Shown here: piece by piece, positions 6,218 through 13,636 of the stretch | How the letters are laid out: each line of letters begins with the position of its first letter | Position numbering within the stretch: position 1 is the first letter of the stretch | Sequence record: OQ427096.1 | Direction: 5' to 3' (one strand) | Length of the DNA stretch: 64,000 nt | Position numbers and translations under genes: made by a program | Notes under the pieces: generated by a model | Told to the model about the DNA's origin: nothing | The model's input: the letters and a program-made list of their open reading frames with translations, nothing else | Databases searched by the model: none

Positions 6218-6294
6218 GCCCAGGTGACGGAATTGGTATACGTACTGTCCTCAGAAGGCAGGTTTTGAGGGTTCGAGTCCCTCTCTGGGTACCA
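6218..6294 (+). tRNA. tRNA-Leu(CAG) with short variable loop
   Basis: CTGTC-CTCAGAA-GGCAG, V loop GTTTT, A73. Confidence 0.88.
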
Positions 6295-6304
6295 AAGTTT
6301 CAGT

Positions 6305-6382
6305 GTTCCACGTGTCGGAATTGGTAGACGAGCCAGACTGTGAATCTGGAGTTTGCGGGTTCGAGCCCCGTCGTGGTCCCCA
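6305..6382 (+). tRNA. tRNA-His(GTG)
   Basis: CCAGA-CTGTGAA-TCTGG, G-1:C73, two mismatches at top of acceptor stem. Confidence 0.85.
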
Positions 6383-6428
6383 AAGTTGATCAGGTGATTC
6401 GCCACCTTAGAGTGCGAAATTGAAATAT

Positions 6429-6503
6429 TGCCTGTTAGCTCAGTGGTAGAGCAATCGCCCGATAAGCGATAGGTCGTCAGTTCGATCCTGACACGGGCAA
6501 CCA
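6429..6503 (+). tRNA. tRNA-Ile(GAT), C33
   Basis: ATCGC-CCGATAA-GCGAT, CCA. Confidence 0.9.
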
Positions 6504-6507
6504 ATAA

Positions 6508-6581
6508 GCCTTCATAGCTCAAAGGTAGAGCACTCGCCCGATAAGCGATAGACCTAGGATCGTTACCTAGTGAAGGCACCA
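6508..6581 (+). tRNA. tRNA-Ile(GAT), C33, second copy
   Basis: TCGC-CCGATAA-GCGA, T-loop ATCGTTA. Confidence 0.88.
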
Positions 6582-6586
6582 AACCG

Positions 6587-6615
6587 TTGACGAAACAGCG
6601 TAAGGGCGCTAAAGT
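6587..6615 (+). promoter_or_regulatory. sigma70-like promoter
   Basis: TTGACG-N17-TAAAGT. Confidence 0.6.
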
Positions 6616-6619
6616 AGTA

Positions 6620-6775
6620 CGCAACAAGGTATTCTAGTTGGAGCCTTGCAAAGAGCCGGACTGTTAAAGGTTGCGGCGAGACTAGATTGGTAGCTTAATT
6701 AGCTTACGGTGCATCATATGTTGCTAGGGTATGATGACTCAGAAGCCTTCGGGAACCCTTAACTTAGCTACAAAT
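6620..6775 (+). ncRNA. Unidentified structured RNA(s)
   Basis: Non-coding downstream of promoter; stems TCTAGT/ACTAGA and TAGCT/AGCTA, CC-TTCG-GG hairpin. Confidence 0.4.
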
Positions 6776-6780
6776 TCTAT

Positions 6781-6858
6781 AGCCCAGTCGTTTAGTTGGT
6801 CCAAGACGCCGTCCTTTGAAGTCGGTCATCGTAGGTTCGAATCCTACCTGGGTTGCCA
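6781..6858 (+). tRNA. tRNA-Gln(TTG)
   Basis: Loop CT-TTG-AA, G73, CCA. Confidence 0.9.
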
Positions 6859-6865
6859 AGTTTGA

Positions 6866-6939
6866 TGCCTCTTAGTTCAATGGTAGAATGTCGCTCTCTG
6901 AAAGCGAAGACAACGGATCGATACCGTTAGAGGCTGCCA
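6866..6939 (+). tRNA. tRNA-Gln(CTG)
   Basis: TCGCT-CTCTGAA-AGCGA, G73, CCA. Confidence 0.9.
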
Positions 6940-6944
6940 AATAT

Positions 6945-7065
6945 GGGACTGTGCCGGATAGCTCCCGGACATTATGATGTGAGTAGGTTAGCCTGACTAG
7001 GGTGTTTGGTGCATCAGGCACCATCTGAAAGACTAATCCAAAGTTGATTGATGCAGGTCCCGCCA
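6945..7065 (+). ncRNA. CCA-terminated multi-hairpin RNA
   Basis: GGGACT/GGTCCC stem then GCCA; internal hairpins CCGG/CCGG, GGTGC/GCACC, TAATC/GATTG. Confidence 0.45.
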
Positions 7066-7252
7066 GATGCAAAAGTAAGACTAGCCGTTCAAGTCGGTAA
7101 GCACATGGTGTGCACCATGCCGCGTTAGGTGTGGAGGAGGCGTTCGAATCGTCGGTGGTTGCCAGGCCCCTATAGACACTGCTTGCAAGAGGGATTTAAA
7201 GTAACCAAATGAGGTCGCTCCTCGCGGAACAGTTCCCTCGGTACTATTCTAT

Positions 7253-7364
7253 GAAGGTTGTAGCTCAAAGGTAGAGCGCCGGGTGTCGGACCCGGGTCAA
7301 AGAGTATGAAGTTCGCGCGAACTGTCTGCTCAGGTGCAGGAGTCGAAGCCTGCCAGCCTTCCCA
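7253..7364 (+). tRNA. Atypical tRNA-like gene (TCG in anticodon position) with ~40-nt variable arm
   Basis: 8-bp GAAGGTTG/CAGCCTTC then CCA; canonical D-arm; CCGGG-TGTCGGA-CCCGG; V-arm with AGTTC-GCGC-GAACT; 8-nt T-loop. Confidence 0.65.
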
Positions 7365-7384
7365 CTAATTGATAATTAGAGACG

Positions 7385-7669
7385 ATGAGACAGTTTAACC
7401 TTCGAGGTAAGAAGACATATCGTCCTGGCTGTGGTTGTTGCGTTGTTGAAAACTTCAAGCCAGAAATCATTGACAAGATTCACGCATACGAAATGCGTAA
7501 TCCAGATGAATTCGCTCTCACAGCAGACGATTTCGATTGTGTAGAAGATTTTCTCATTTATATTGATGTTCCCGTTGACCAAGTTTGTTATGATAGTTCA
7601 CACTGCGCTCCCTTCGAAGGCAAGGAAGAAAGCCAAGAAGAAGGTTGTACCGACAAGGACGCCAGTTAA
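7385..7669 (+). CDS. hypothetical protein
   Basis: ORF after tRNA; CGCC motif. Confidence 0.55.
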   Translation: MRQFNLRGKKTYRPGCGCCVVENFKPEIIDKIHAYEMRNPDEFALTADDFDCVEDFLIYIDVPVDQVCYDSSHCAPFEGKEESQEEGCTDKDAS

Positions 7670-7913
7670 GAAGTTCGTTGAAAAGAAACGACAGTTCATT
7701 CCCAAGATCCCCGTTTACCGTGCAGCAGGAACCGAGCACATCCGATCCCATGGATTGGAGAAGGTGCCGCCTAAACTGGAACGTCCAATCGTGTATCATG
7801 GTGATATGGCTGAACGTGAAGCGGCTGCTCAAGATCAAATTGAGTACCGCGAGCATTTGGTTAGAAACGCTTTCCGTAACGGGAAGGTATCGGCATGCTA
7901 CATTTCAGGATGA
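7590..7913 (+). CDS. hypothetical basic protein
   Basis: Lys-rich N-terminus; abuts next gene. Confidence 0.6.
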   Translation: MIVHTALPSKARKKAKKKVVPTRTPVKKFVEKKRQFIPKIPVYRAAGTEHIRSHGLEKVPPKLERPIVYHGDMAEREAAAQDQIEYREHLVRNAFRNGKVSACYISG

Positions 7914-7916
7914 CCT

Positions 7917-8147
7917 ATGAATACTGTGATTGAAAAGACTGACAAGGGTGTGATCAAAGGCGCGGTGTTCATCGTCGCCGGCGATAGGCATTGGGTTGAG
8001 GGTAATGTCTACGGCAACCCCAACTTCAAGGATGGCACCTATATCCACACGTCCAAGATTGTTGCAGTTCGTGGACGCCGCATTGAAACCCTGAACTCGT
8101 TCTACACTTGCGAGTTCCACGTTGATGGACCTGTTCGCCTATGGTAA
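7917..8147 (+). CDS. hypothetical protein
   Basis: Tightly packed ORF; GTYIHTSKIV motif typical of small phage proteins. Confidence 0.7.
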   Translation: MNTVIEKTDKGVIKGAVFIVAGDRHWVEGNVYGNPNFKDGTYIHTSKIVAVRGRRIETLNSFYTCEFHVDGPVRLW

Positions 8148-8461
8148 CCCAAGTTCGTATTCTGATTGATGAGTGTGGTGCACCTCTGGATTCCATTGTT
8201 GAAGTGACCGAAATCTTGGATGATGGTCACATCATGTATACCTGGGAAGACATCACCTTCATGGCTTCACCGGAAGCCTGGGCATTGCATTATCCGGATT
8301 CTGCATATGGATATGATTCTCAGAGCGCTGGCACAGACATCAACTACGAGATTTTGAGAAACGCCGCTGAGCAATTCTTGGTGTTTGTTGAGGAAGAAAA
8401 ACTCGACGAAGCTGCCATTGATTACTTCTACGACGTGTTCAAGGAAACTCTCGGTAAGTAG
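8141..8461 (+). CDS. hypothetical protein
   Basis: Overlapping co-oriented ORF. Confidence 0.7.
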   Translation: MVTQVRILIDECGAPLDSIVEVTEILDDGHIMYTWEDITFMASPEAWALHYPDSAYGYDSQSAGTDINYEILRNAAEQFLVFVEEEKLDEAAIDYFYDVFKETLGK

Positions 8462-8574
8462 AAATATTGGAGCGTAACTCAGCCAGGTGGCTGACGCTGT
8501 TTGCTAAACAGTTGGGACCCTATGAACGGGTCTGGGGATCGAGACCTCTGCGCTCCGCCAATTTGGATTTGATC

Positions 8575-9093
8575 ATGAAAATCGTGCTGCTTGATCTTGA
8601 GCAAACTGTGATCGACGACTGGGAGCACATGAACCTGCTTCCAGGAAACCTCGATAAGATTCGCTGGGCAATTCAGCACACTGGCTGTAAGCTGGGATTG
8701 ATGTCCTGGGCTGTATGGAATGAGGTGGACAAAGAGACGTTCAAGAAGCGCCTGCAAGGTCCACTCGAAGAAGTGCTTGGTATGAAGTTCTCCGAAGATC
8801 TTATCTTCTCCATGCACGACTTCTCAGACATAATTCTTAAGCGACGTCGGAAATGGCTTAGCCGTGATGATATGTTCGACCTGTTTGGCAAGGAAGAGTG
8901 TCTACTCCAGCTGCTGAGGCTTGAACACTTCGGAAAGAATGCTCGCGTTACTCTGATTGATGACGTGGTTGATCACAACATGGAATTCACCAAAGGCGCT
9001 TCCAAGGTGCGTTTCATCAACGTGACCAATCCTCAGTACAAGCATTGGAATATCAATGAAACTGTCCATGACTATGGCAGTTGGAGAGAATGA
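8575..9093 (+). CDS. HAD-like hydrolase (variant)
   Basis: MKIVLLDLEQTVID (motif I-like) and TLIDD (motif IV-like). Confidence 0.55.
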   Translation: MKIVLLDLEQTVIDDWEHMNLLPGNLDKIRWAIQHTGCKLGLMSWAVWNEVDKETFKKRLQGPLEEVLGMKFSEDLIFSMHDFSDIILKRRRKWLSRDDMFDLFGKEECLLQLLRLEHFGKNARVTLIDDVVDHNMEFTKGASKVRFINVTNPQYKHWNINETVHDYGSWRE

Positions 9094-9452
9094 TGGAAGA
9101 ACTTGCTCCTCAGAAAGGCAATATGCCTGACAGCTTCATCCTCGTTCGTACATCTGCAGGCGTTCATGTGCTTGGTGGTTGGAGCGGTGGCTATCTCTAC
9201 GGCGATAGCTGGCGTCTCAGCACTGCATTGAAGCGCGTAGTTGAGTACGATGGTGATTGGGTAGTTGTTGAAACAAGATCAGGTTCGACCTATGCCCTAC
9301 CGACACAAGCAGCCATTCGCCGTTATACTTTGACTGTGACGACTTCGGGCGTGTTTAACTCGTTCGACCGTCAGGCAAAGGAACAAGGAATCCTCTTTGA
9401 AGCGATTCCGGAATCCGAATTCAACGATGTAATCAACCAACTGGAAAATTGA
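9090..9452 (+). CDS. conserved phage hypothetical protein
   Basis: VLGGWSGGYLYGDSWR motif. Confidence 0.75.
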   Translation: MMEELAPQKGNMPDSFILVRTSAGVHVLGGWSGGYLYGDSWRLSTALKRVVEYDGDWVVVETRSGSTYALPTQAAIRRYTLTVTTSGVFNSFDRQAKEQGILFEAIPESEFNDVINQLEN

Positions 9453-9679
9453 TCATGAGCAATGCTAAGCTGCAACGTCTGGAAGAAGAGCTGTATGAAA
9501 AGCTGCGCGAGATTCAGGATGTCGCTGTAGAGACGAACACCCCGTTCTCTTTCTCCATCAACTACCATACCTATGATGTGTTCCTCCCGGATCATGAAGA
9601 TGAAGACATGGTAGAATATCTCAAGGAAGAAGTTGGTGTTGAAGTTGGTGATTGGGTCAGCTCTAGCGATCGTTGCTAA
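9449..9679 (+). CDS. hypothetical protein
   Basis: Ends in W.SSS..C, a motif common in small phage proteins. Confidence 0.7.
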   Translation: MIMSNAKLQRLEEELYEKLREIQDVAVETNTPFSFSINYHTYDVFLPDHEDEDMVEYLKEEVGVEVGDWVSSSDRC

Positions 9680-10155
9680 TGAGAATTGACACTGACCTCT
9701 ATGAGTTGGTGGAAGGTAGACCAGACGCAGCTTCCATGCTCGTCTGGGCTGCATCACTGCTCGGGCTAAACGACGTTCCTGAGTCCGAGGAAGTTGAAGC
9801 TGCAATTGGTATCTTTGAGGATGCTCGAGAGCAGATCATCGAGAAACGTGCTAAGGATCGTTTGACCGATATCGTTCGCTACATTGTCCCTCCTCAGTAC
9901 GATAAAAAATGGGACAAGCGCACGTCGAAGCATCCTGACATTCCTCGTAATTGGTGGAATGGAGCATTCGTAAAATCGTTTGGCTGGACCAAAGATAGCT
10001 TCATTGTTGAAGTTAGTTCCTACGTCGGCAACAACGAGTATGATGGGACAACGATTGAGATTCCTCAACATCTCGCTGACGTAAAGAACTTCAATTGGAA
10101 CCTGCAAGATAAGATTCCTCTTATTGACGCATTCCTAAAAGCAGCCAACCGCTAA
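9673..10155 (+). CDS. hypothetical protein
   Basis: Co-oriented overlapping ORF. Confidence 0.7.
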   Translation: MLMRIDTDLYELVEGRPDAASMLVWAASLLGLNDVPESEEVEAAIGIFEDAREQIIEKRAKDRLTDIVRYIVPPQYDKKWDKRTSKHPDIPRNWWNGAFVKSFGWTKDSFIVEVSSYVGNNEYDGTTIEIPQHLADVKNFNWNLQDKIPLIDAFLKAANR

Positions 10156-10166
10156 ATATCACGTAA

Positions 10167-10255
10167 GGATTGTTAACCAACCGGGGAGTTGGCACCGCTT
10201 CGAAAGCGGTAGGTGCCCGAAAGGGCATGGGGATCGAGACCTCAGCAATCCGCCA
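10167..10255 (+). tRNA. tRNA-Ser(CGA)
   Basis: ACCGC-TTCGAAA-GCGGT, long V arm, G73. Confidence 0.9.
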
Positions 10256-10261
10256 AACAAT

Positions 10262-10348
10262 GGACAGTAAACTAGCCGGGGAGCTAGCGCCGACTTGAAA
10301 TCGGTAGGCACGTAATGGTGTGGGGATCGAAACCTCTGCTGTCCGCCA
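10262..10348 (+). tRNA. tRNA-Ser(TGA)
   Basis: GCCGA-CTTGAAA-TCGGT, long V arm, G73. Confidence 0.9.
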
Positions 10349-10362
10349 AACAAGGAAAGATT

Positions 10363-10767
10363 ATGAGTCGTAGTGGACCGATTGAAGCTGTAGAGTACAG
10401 AGGTGTCAAGCCTGGTGATCGCTGCATTGTGATGACCACGTCTACTGGACGTTCGAAGATGCACGCTGGAACCTACCTTGGTCAACGCAAGGGAAATTGT
10501 GTCGTCGAGCTTGATTATATCAAGACCATCTTTGTGAATGCCGAAGGCAAGCATTACGATTGGAATGCTGAGTATAAGCAAAATCCATATCCGAGAGCTC
10601 GTTGGAATACTCCTGAGTATCATGCGGAACAGGAACGCTACAATTTGAAGAAGAAAGAGCTTCAAGCTGGCTATGAGTACAAGAAGGTCCCGTCTACTCG
10701 CCGCTCGACTCTTCAGAACAACAATGTCTATCCTGCGGATATGGCACTGAAAGATTTCAAGCTGTAA
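10363..10767 (+). CDS. hypothetical protein
   Basis: AAGGA RBS; fills gap between tRNAs. Confidence 0.75.
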   Translation: MSRSGPIEAVEYRGVKPGDRCIVMTTSTGRSKMHAGTYLGQRKGNCVVELDYIKTIFVNAEGKHYDWNAEYKQNPYPRARWNTPEYHAEQERYNLKKKELQAGYEYKKVPSTRRSTLQNNNVYPADMALKDFKL

Positions 10768-10778
10768 ATAGAACATAT

Positions 10779-10865
10779 GGACAGTAATCTGGCTTGGTAG
10801 TCAGCACCGCTTGGAAAGCGGTTGGTACCGAAAGGTATGGGATTCGATTTCTCTGCTGTCCGCCA
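10779..10865 (+). tRNA. tRNA-Ser(GGA)
   Basis: ACCGC-TTGGAAA-GCGGT, long V arm, G73. Confidence 0.9.
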
Positions 10866-10878
10866 AATAAGGCGAACG

Positions 10879-11073
10879 ATGATTTACGTTGTATTTGATG
10901 ATACGTATCGCGGTGCACACAAACCATTTCATTCAATTGAGGCAACTCAAGAGGATGCAGATAGGGTAGTGCATGATTTGAGAGAAACAAGCACATCAAC
11001 ATGTGCAAGAACACTGATCAAATGGAAGGCATTTGAGTTTGGTCAGACGTTTGAACTACCTAAGCCCTTATAG
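10879..11073 (+). CDS. hypothetical protein
   Basis: ORF between tRNAs; 3' end overlaps tRNA-Thr. Confidence 0.6.
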   Translation: MIYVVFDDTYRGAHKPFHSIEATQEDADRVVHDLRETSTSTCARTLIKWKAFEFGQTFELPKPL

Positions 11074-11138
11074 CACAGTGGCAGTGCACCTCATTGGTAA
11101 TGAGGAGGTCGTCGGTTCGATCCCGACTAAGGGCACCA
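11064..11138 (+). tRNA. tRNA-Thr(GGT)
   Basis: CCTCA-TTGGTAA-TGAGG, CCA. Confidence 0.95.
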
Positions 11139-11202
11139 AATAAAGGAAATGGATATGACTGATACGACAAGCTTCACCGCTGTTGGCGAAGGTTAAAAAT
11201 CT

Positions 11203-11279
11203 GCGGGTATAATTCAGTCTGGTAGAATGCTTGCTTGCCATGCAAGTCGTCGCGAGTTCGAATCTCGCTACCCGCTCCA
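11203..11279 (+). tRNA. tRNA-Gly(GCC)
   Basis: CTTGC-TTGCCAT-GCAAG, U73, CCA. Confidence 0.95.
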
Positions 11280-11289
11280 GATGTCAAAA

Positions 11290-11318
11290 GCCAGGGCTTT
11301 AATCGGTCCTGGCTTTTT
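11290..11318 (+). terminator. Intrinsic terminator closing the tRNA array
   Basis: GCCAGGGC/GTCCTGGC hairpin + TTTTT. Confidence 0.8.
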
Positions 11319-11358
11319 CTTTGGTTGAATAGAAACAGTCTACCTATAGGATAAAGCA

Positions 11359-11835
11359 ATGAACAGACACGACGTGAAAGACCAGCTCGAAGACCTGTGG
11401 TTCGATGTGCGCCATTGGTTCAAGAACCTCCGCCTGGAAATCGACACTCGAATCAACCCACGTCAGAAGTGGTTGACGAAAGAAATCGGTCGCCGTTTCG
11501 TCGACAAAGACTACATCATCGAGACGACCATCTTCGAAAGCATGATCCACTTCTGGGAAGAGGACGATGGAGAAAGGTCGACCCGCTACCAGTTCGAGCA
11601 CTACGAAGGACCGTGCGGTGGTAAGGCGCTCAAGCCCGAAGACCAAGAAGCCTACGTATACCTACGTAAGCTGTACGCTGACCTGGACAAGTGCTACCGT
11701 TGGGCTAAGACGCGTAAGGGCTTCTGGGCAGACTGCTACACCAACTACAAGCCGGAAAACGAGAAAAAACTCGAAGCCGAAGACACGTACTATATGAACG
11801 AAATCATCCGTCTCCGTAAGCACATGTGGACCTAA
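11359..11835 (+). CDS. hypothetical protein
   Basis: AGGA RBS, long ORF. Confidence 0.75.
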   Translation: MNRHDVKDQLEDLWFDVRHWFKNLRLEIDTRINPRQKWLTKEIGRRFVDKDYIIETTIFESMIHFWEEDDGERSTRYQFEHYEGPCGGKALKPEDQEAYVYLRKLYADLDKCYRWAKTRKGFWADCYTNYKPENEKKLEAEDTYYMNEIIRLRKHMWT

Positions 11836-12159
11836 ATGTACGGAATCCCTGAAAACTACCGGCGGGTGGCAGAATCTTTCTATCGCCCGCATGGTTGCAC
11901 CTTAGATTTTTCTCAAAAGGCATTGCTGCAAGCTTTCGAGAAAGAAACCTACGGCGTTGACCACGACATGTCGAAGAACGGCTGGGCTTTTGGCAAGAAA
12001 GCCTTCGACATCACTGTCGCAAGTTGGCGCGAAGATCTTGCAGAAGGTCTTTTCTGCAAGTATGACTACCTCCGAGACTATGAAGAAGATTCGTTCGAGT
12101 ATGATTTCATCTGGAACGTGATCAAGAATTTTTCTTCGGCAAGGCTGTTCACTTACTGA
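11836..12159 (+). CDS. hypothetical protein
   Basis: Abuts previous gene. Confidence 0.7.
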   Translation: MYGIPENYRRVAESFYRPHGCTLDFSQKALLQAFEKETYGVDHDMSKNGWAFGKKAFDITVASWREDLAEGLFCKYDYLRDYEEDSFEYDFIWNVIKNFSSARLFTY

Positions 12160-12221
12160 TCTTGTTCTATCCAGGCATCCTGCATATCATAATTGTGTAG
12201 CACTTATACACCTTTGAGGAA

Positions 12222-12491
12222 ATGATAATGAGCAACGAAGTTTGCGTGAAGTTCCCGGCGCACCTGGTGCAGACCGTCCACGACGGCTACCTGTACGATC
12301 GTAATTCGCGCCAGCTGTTCTCGTTCAAGTCTGGCAAGTTGAAGCCGATCAAGCAGGTCGGTTGCTACCAGGCAAAGAAGTCGTACGGTGAAGATGGCTG
12401 GGCTGTCTCCGTCAGCGGTAAGAAGAAGTTCATGGCCAAGAAGGAGCTCCAGTCTCTGTATCCGACGGAGTATCAGGTTCCGTTTGCATGA
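12222..12491 (+). CDS. hypothetical protein, NUMOD4-like; paralog of 13355-13636
   Basis: DGYLYDRNSRQLFSFKSGKLKPIK...YQVPF. Confidence 0.65.
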   Translation: MIMSNEVCVKFPAHLVQTVHDGYLYDRNSRQLFSFKSGKLKPIKQVGCYQAKKSYGEDGWAVSVSGKKKFMAKKELQSLYPTEYQVPFA

Positions 12492-12778
12492 GCTTCGTTA
12501 TCCTCTACTGGGCAGGCGTCATCGTCACCGGTGGTGCCTGCATTTTCGGACTCTACCAGATTTGGAAGACGAAGACCTACACGCCAATCGGTTTCGAGCA
12601 TGATGCACCAGCGACGCTGGGTTCTTTCCTTCTCCGGATCTTCCTGGCAATGCTCGCCACCTTTGTACCAATCATCAATTCCTCACTCGCCATCATGATT
12701 GTATTCTTGGCAGCCTACATCGCGATCGCGGAAAAGTTTGGTGACAGGATTCTCAAAGTCCTCCGGAGACCTCTGTGA
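12488..12778 (+). CDS. small membrane protein (P-x-x-N family)
   Basis: Hydrophobic segments; TLGSFL...FVPIIN. Confidence 0.75.
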   Translation: MSFVILYWAGVIVTGGACIFGLYQIWKTKTYTPIGFEHDAPATLGSFLLRIFLAMLATFVPIINSSLAIMIVFLAAYIAIAEKFGDRILKVLRRPL

Positions 12779-13068
12779 TGGCAGCTTTCATCATCTTCAT
12801 GCTTTTCTATGGCGGTCCTGCCTTGATTGTTGGAATTCCTGGATTCCTCAATGTTCGAGCGATGATCAAGGACAAGGTGTTCCAGGACTGGATCGACCAT
12901 TACGAAAAACGGACAACTCGTGGCGATGTTCTGGGCAGAGCTTCCCTTCTTGTTCTTTTGACTTTCTTGCCAGTTTTCAACATTGGCTTTGCACTTTTCG
13001 TTGTAATAGGATGGCTTCACGCTGCCTGGTACAAATTCTTCGGTGAATGGTCAAGGACACCTGTATAA
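12775..13068 (+). CDS. small membrane protein (P-x-x-N family)
   Basis: TRGDVL...FLPVFN. Confidence 0.75.
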   Translation: MMAAFIIFMLFYGGPALIVGIPGFLNVRAMIKDKVFQDWIDHYEKRTTRGDVLGRASLLVLLTFLPVFNIGFALFVVIGWLHAAWYKFFGEWSRTPV

Positions 13069-13358
13069 TGGAAGCGATTATCTTTCTGATTGTCTACCTC
13101 ATCTCGATTCCGTTTCCTGCCTATATGGCTTGGAAAGAAGTTGATGAGGTCCGCACATCAAAGCGAATCAAAGGCATCCATAACTTCTTCTATCGCGATG
13201 CCACGCGGTGGGATTTGATCTGGACAGGCATATGGTGTGGCTTTGTTGCGATGCTGCCACTGGTCAACACTGCGCTCACCATTGGTGGAGCTTTGGTTTG
13301 GTTCTTTGAGAAGCTTTGGGCAACCAAATTCATTGCATGGATGAAAACTCCGCTATGA
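13068..13358 (+). CDS. small membrane protein (P-x-x-N family)
   Basis: TRWDLI...MLPLVN. Confidence 0.75.
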   Translation: MEAIIFLIVYLISIPFPAYMAWKEVDEVRTSKRIKGIHNFFYRDATRWDLIWTGIWCGFVAMLPLVNTALTIGGALVWFFEKLWATKFIAWMKTPL

Positions 13359-13636
13359 GCATGAACACAATTCCAACGGAACTGATCGCGGTTCCGAATT
13401 ACGATGGCTACTTCTGGCATCCGGGCGAAGAGCAGTTGTACTCGCTCAAGGTGACCGGAACGCTTAAGCCGATGAAGTATCATGGTGCGAGATATGTGCC
13501 AAAGCTGTATCGGCAAATTCCTGCATCGTATTCCGTATCGCGTGCTGGCAAGAAATCAATTCTGACCAAGGAAACGCTGCGGAAAATCACACAACAGAAA
13601 TACGAGGTGCCTTATGAAAGTCGGAGTCGCATCTGA
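13355..13636 (+). CDS. hypothetical protein, NUMOD4-like
   Basis: VPNYDGYFW...LYSLKVTGTLKPMK...YEVPY. Confidence 0.7.
   Translation: MSMNTIPTELIAVPNYDGYFWHPGEEQLYSLKVTGTLKPMKYHGARYVPKLYRQIPASYSVSRAGKKSILTKETLRKITQQKYEVPYESRSRI

Noticed and set aside
124-7072. Short ORF-track calls overlapping tRNAs and ncRNAs on either strand (e.g. 124-396, 561-791, 2630-2896, 6163-6627)
   Set aside because: They coincide with clear RNA genes and lack RBS or protein-like composition
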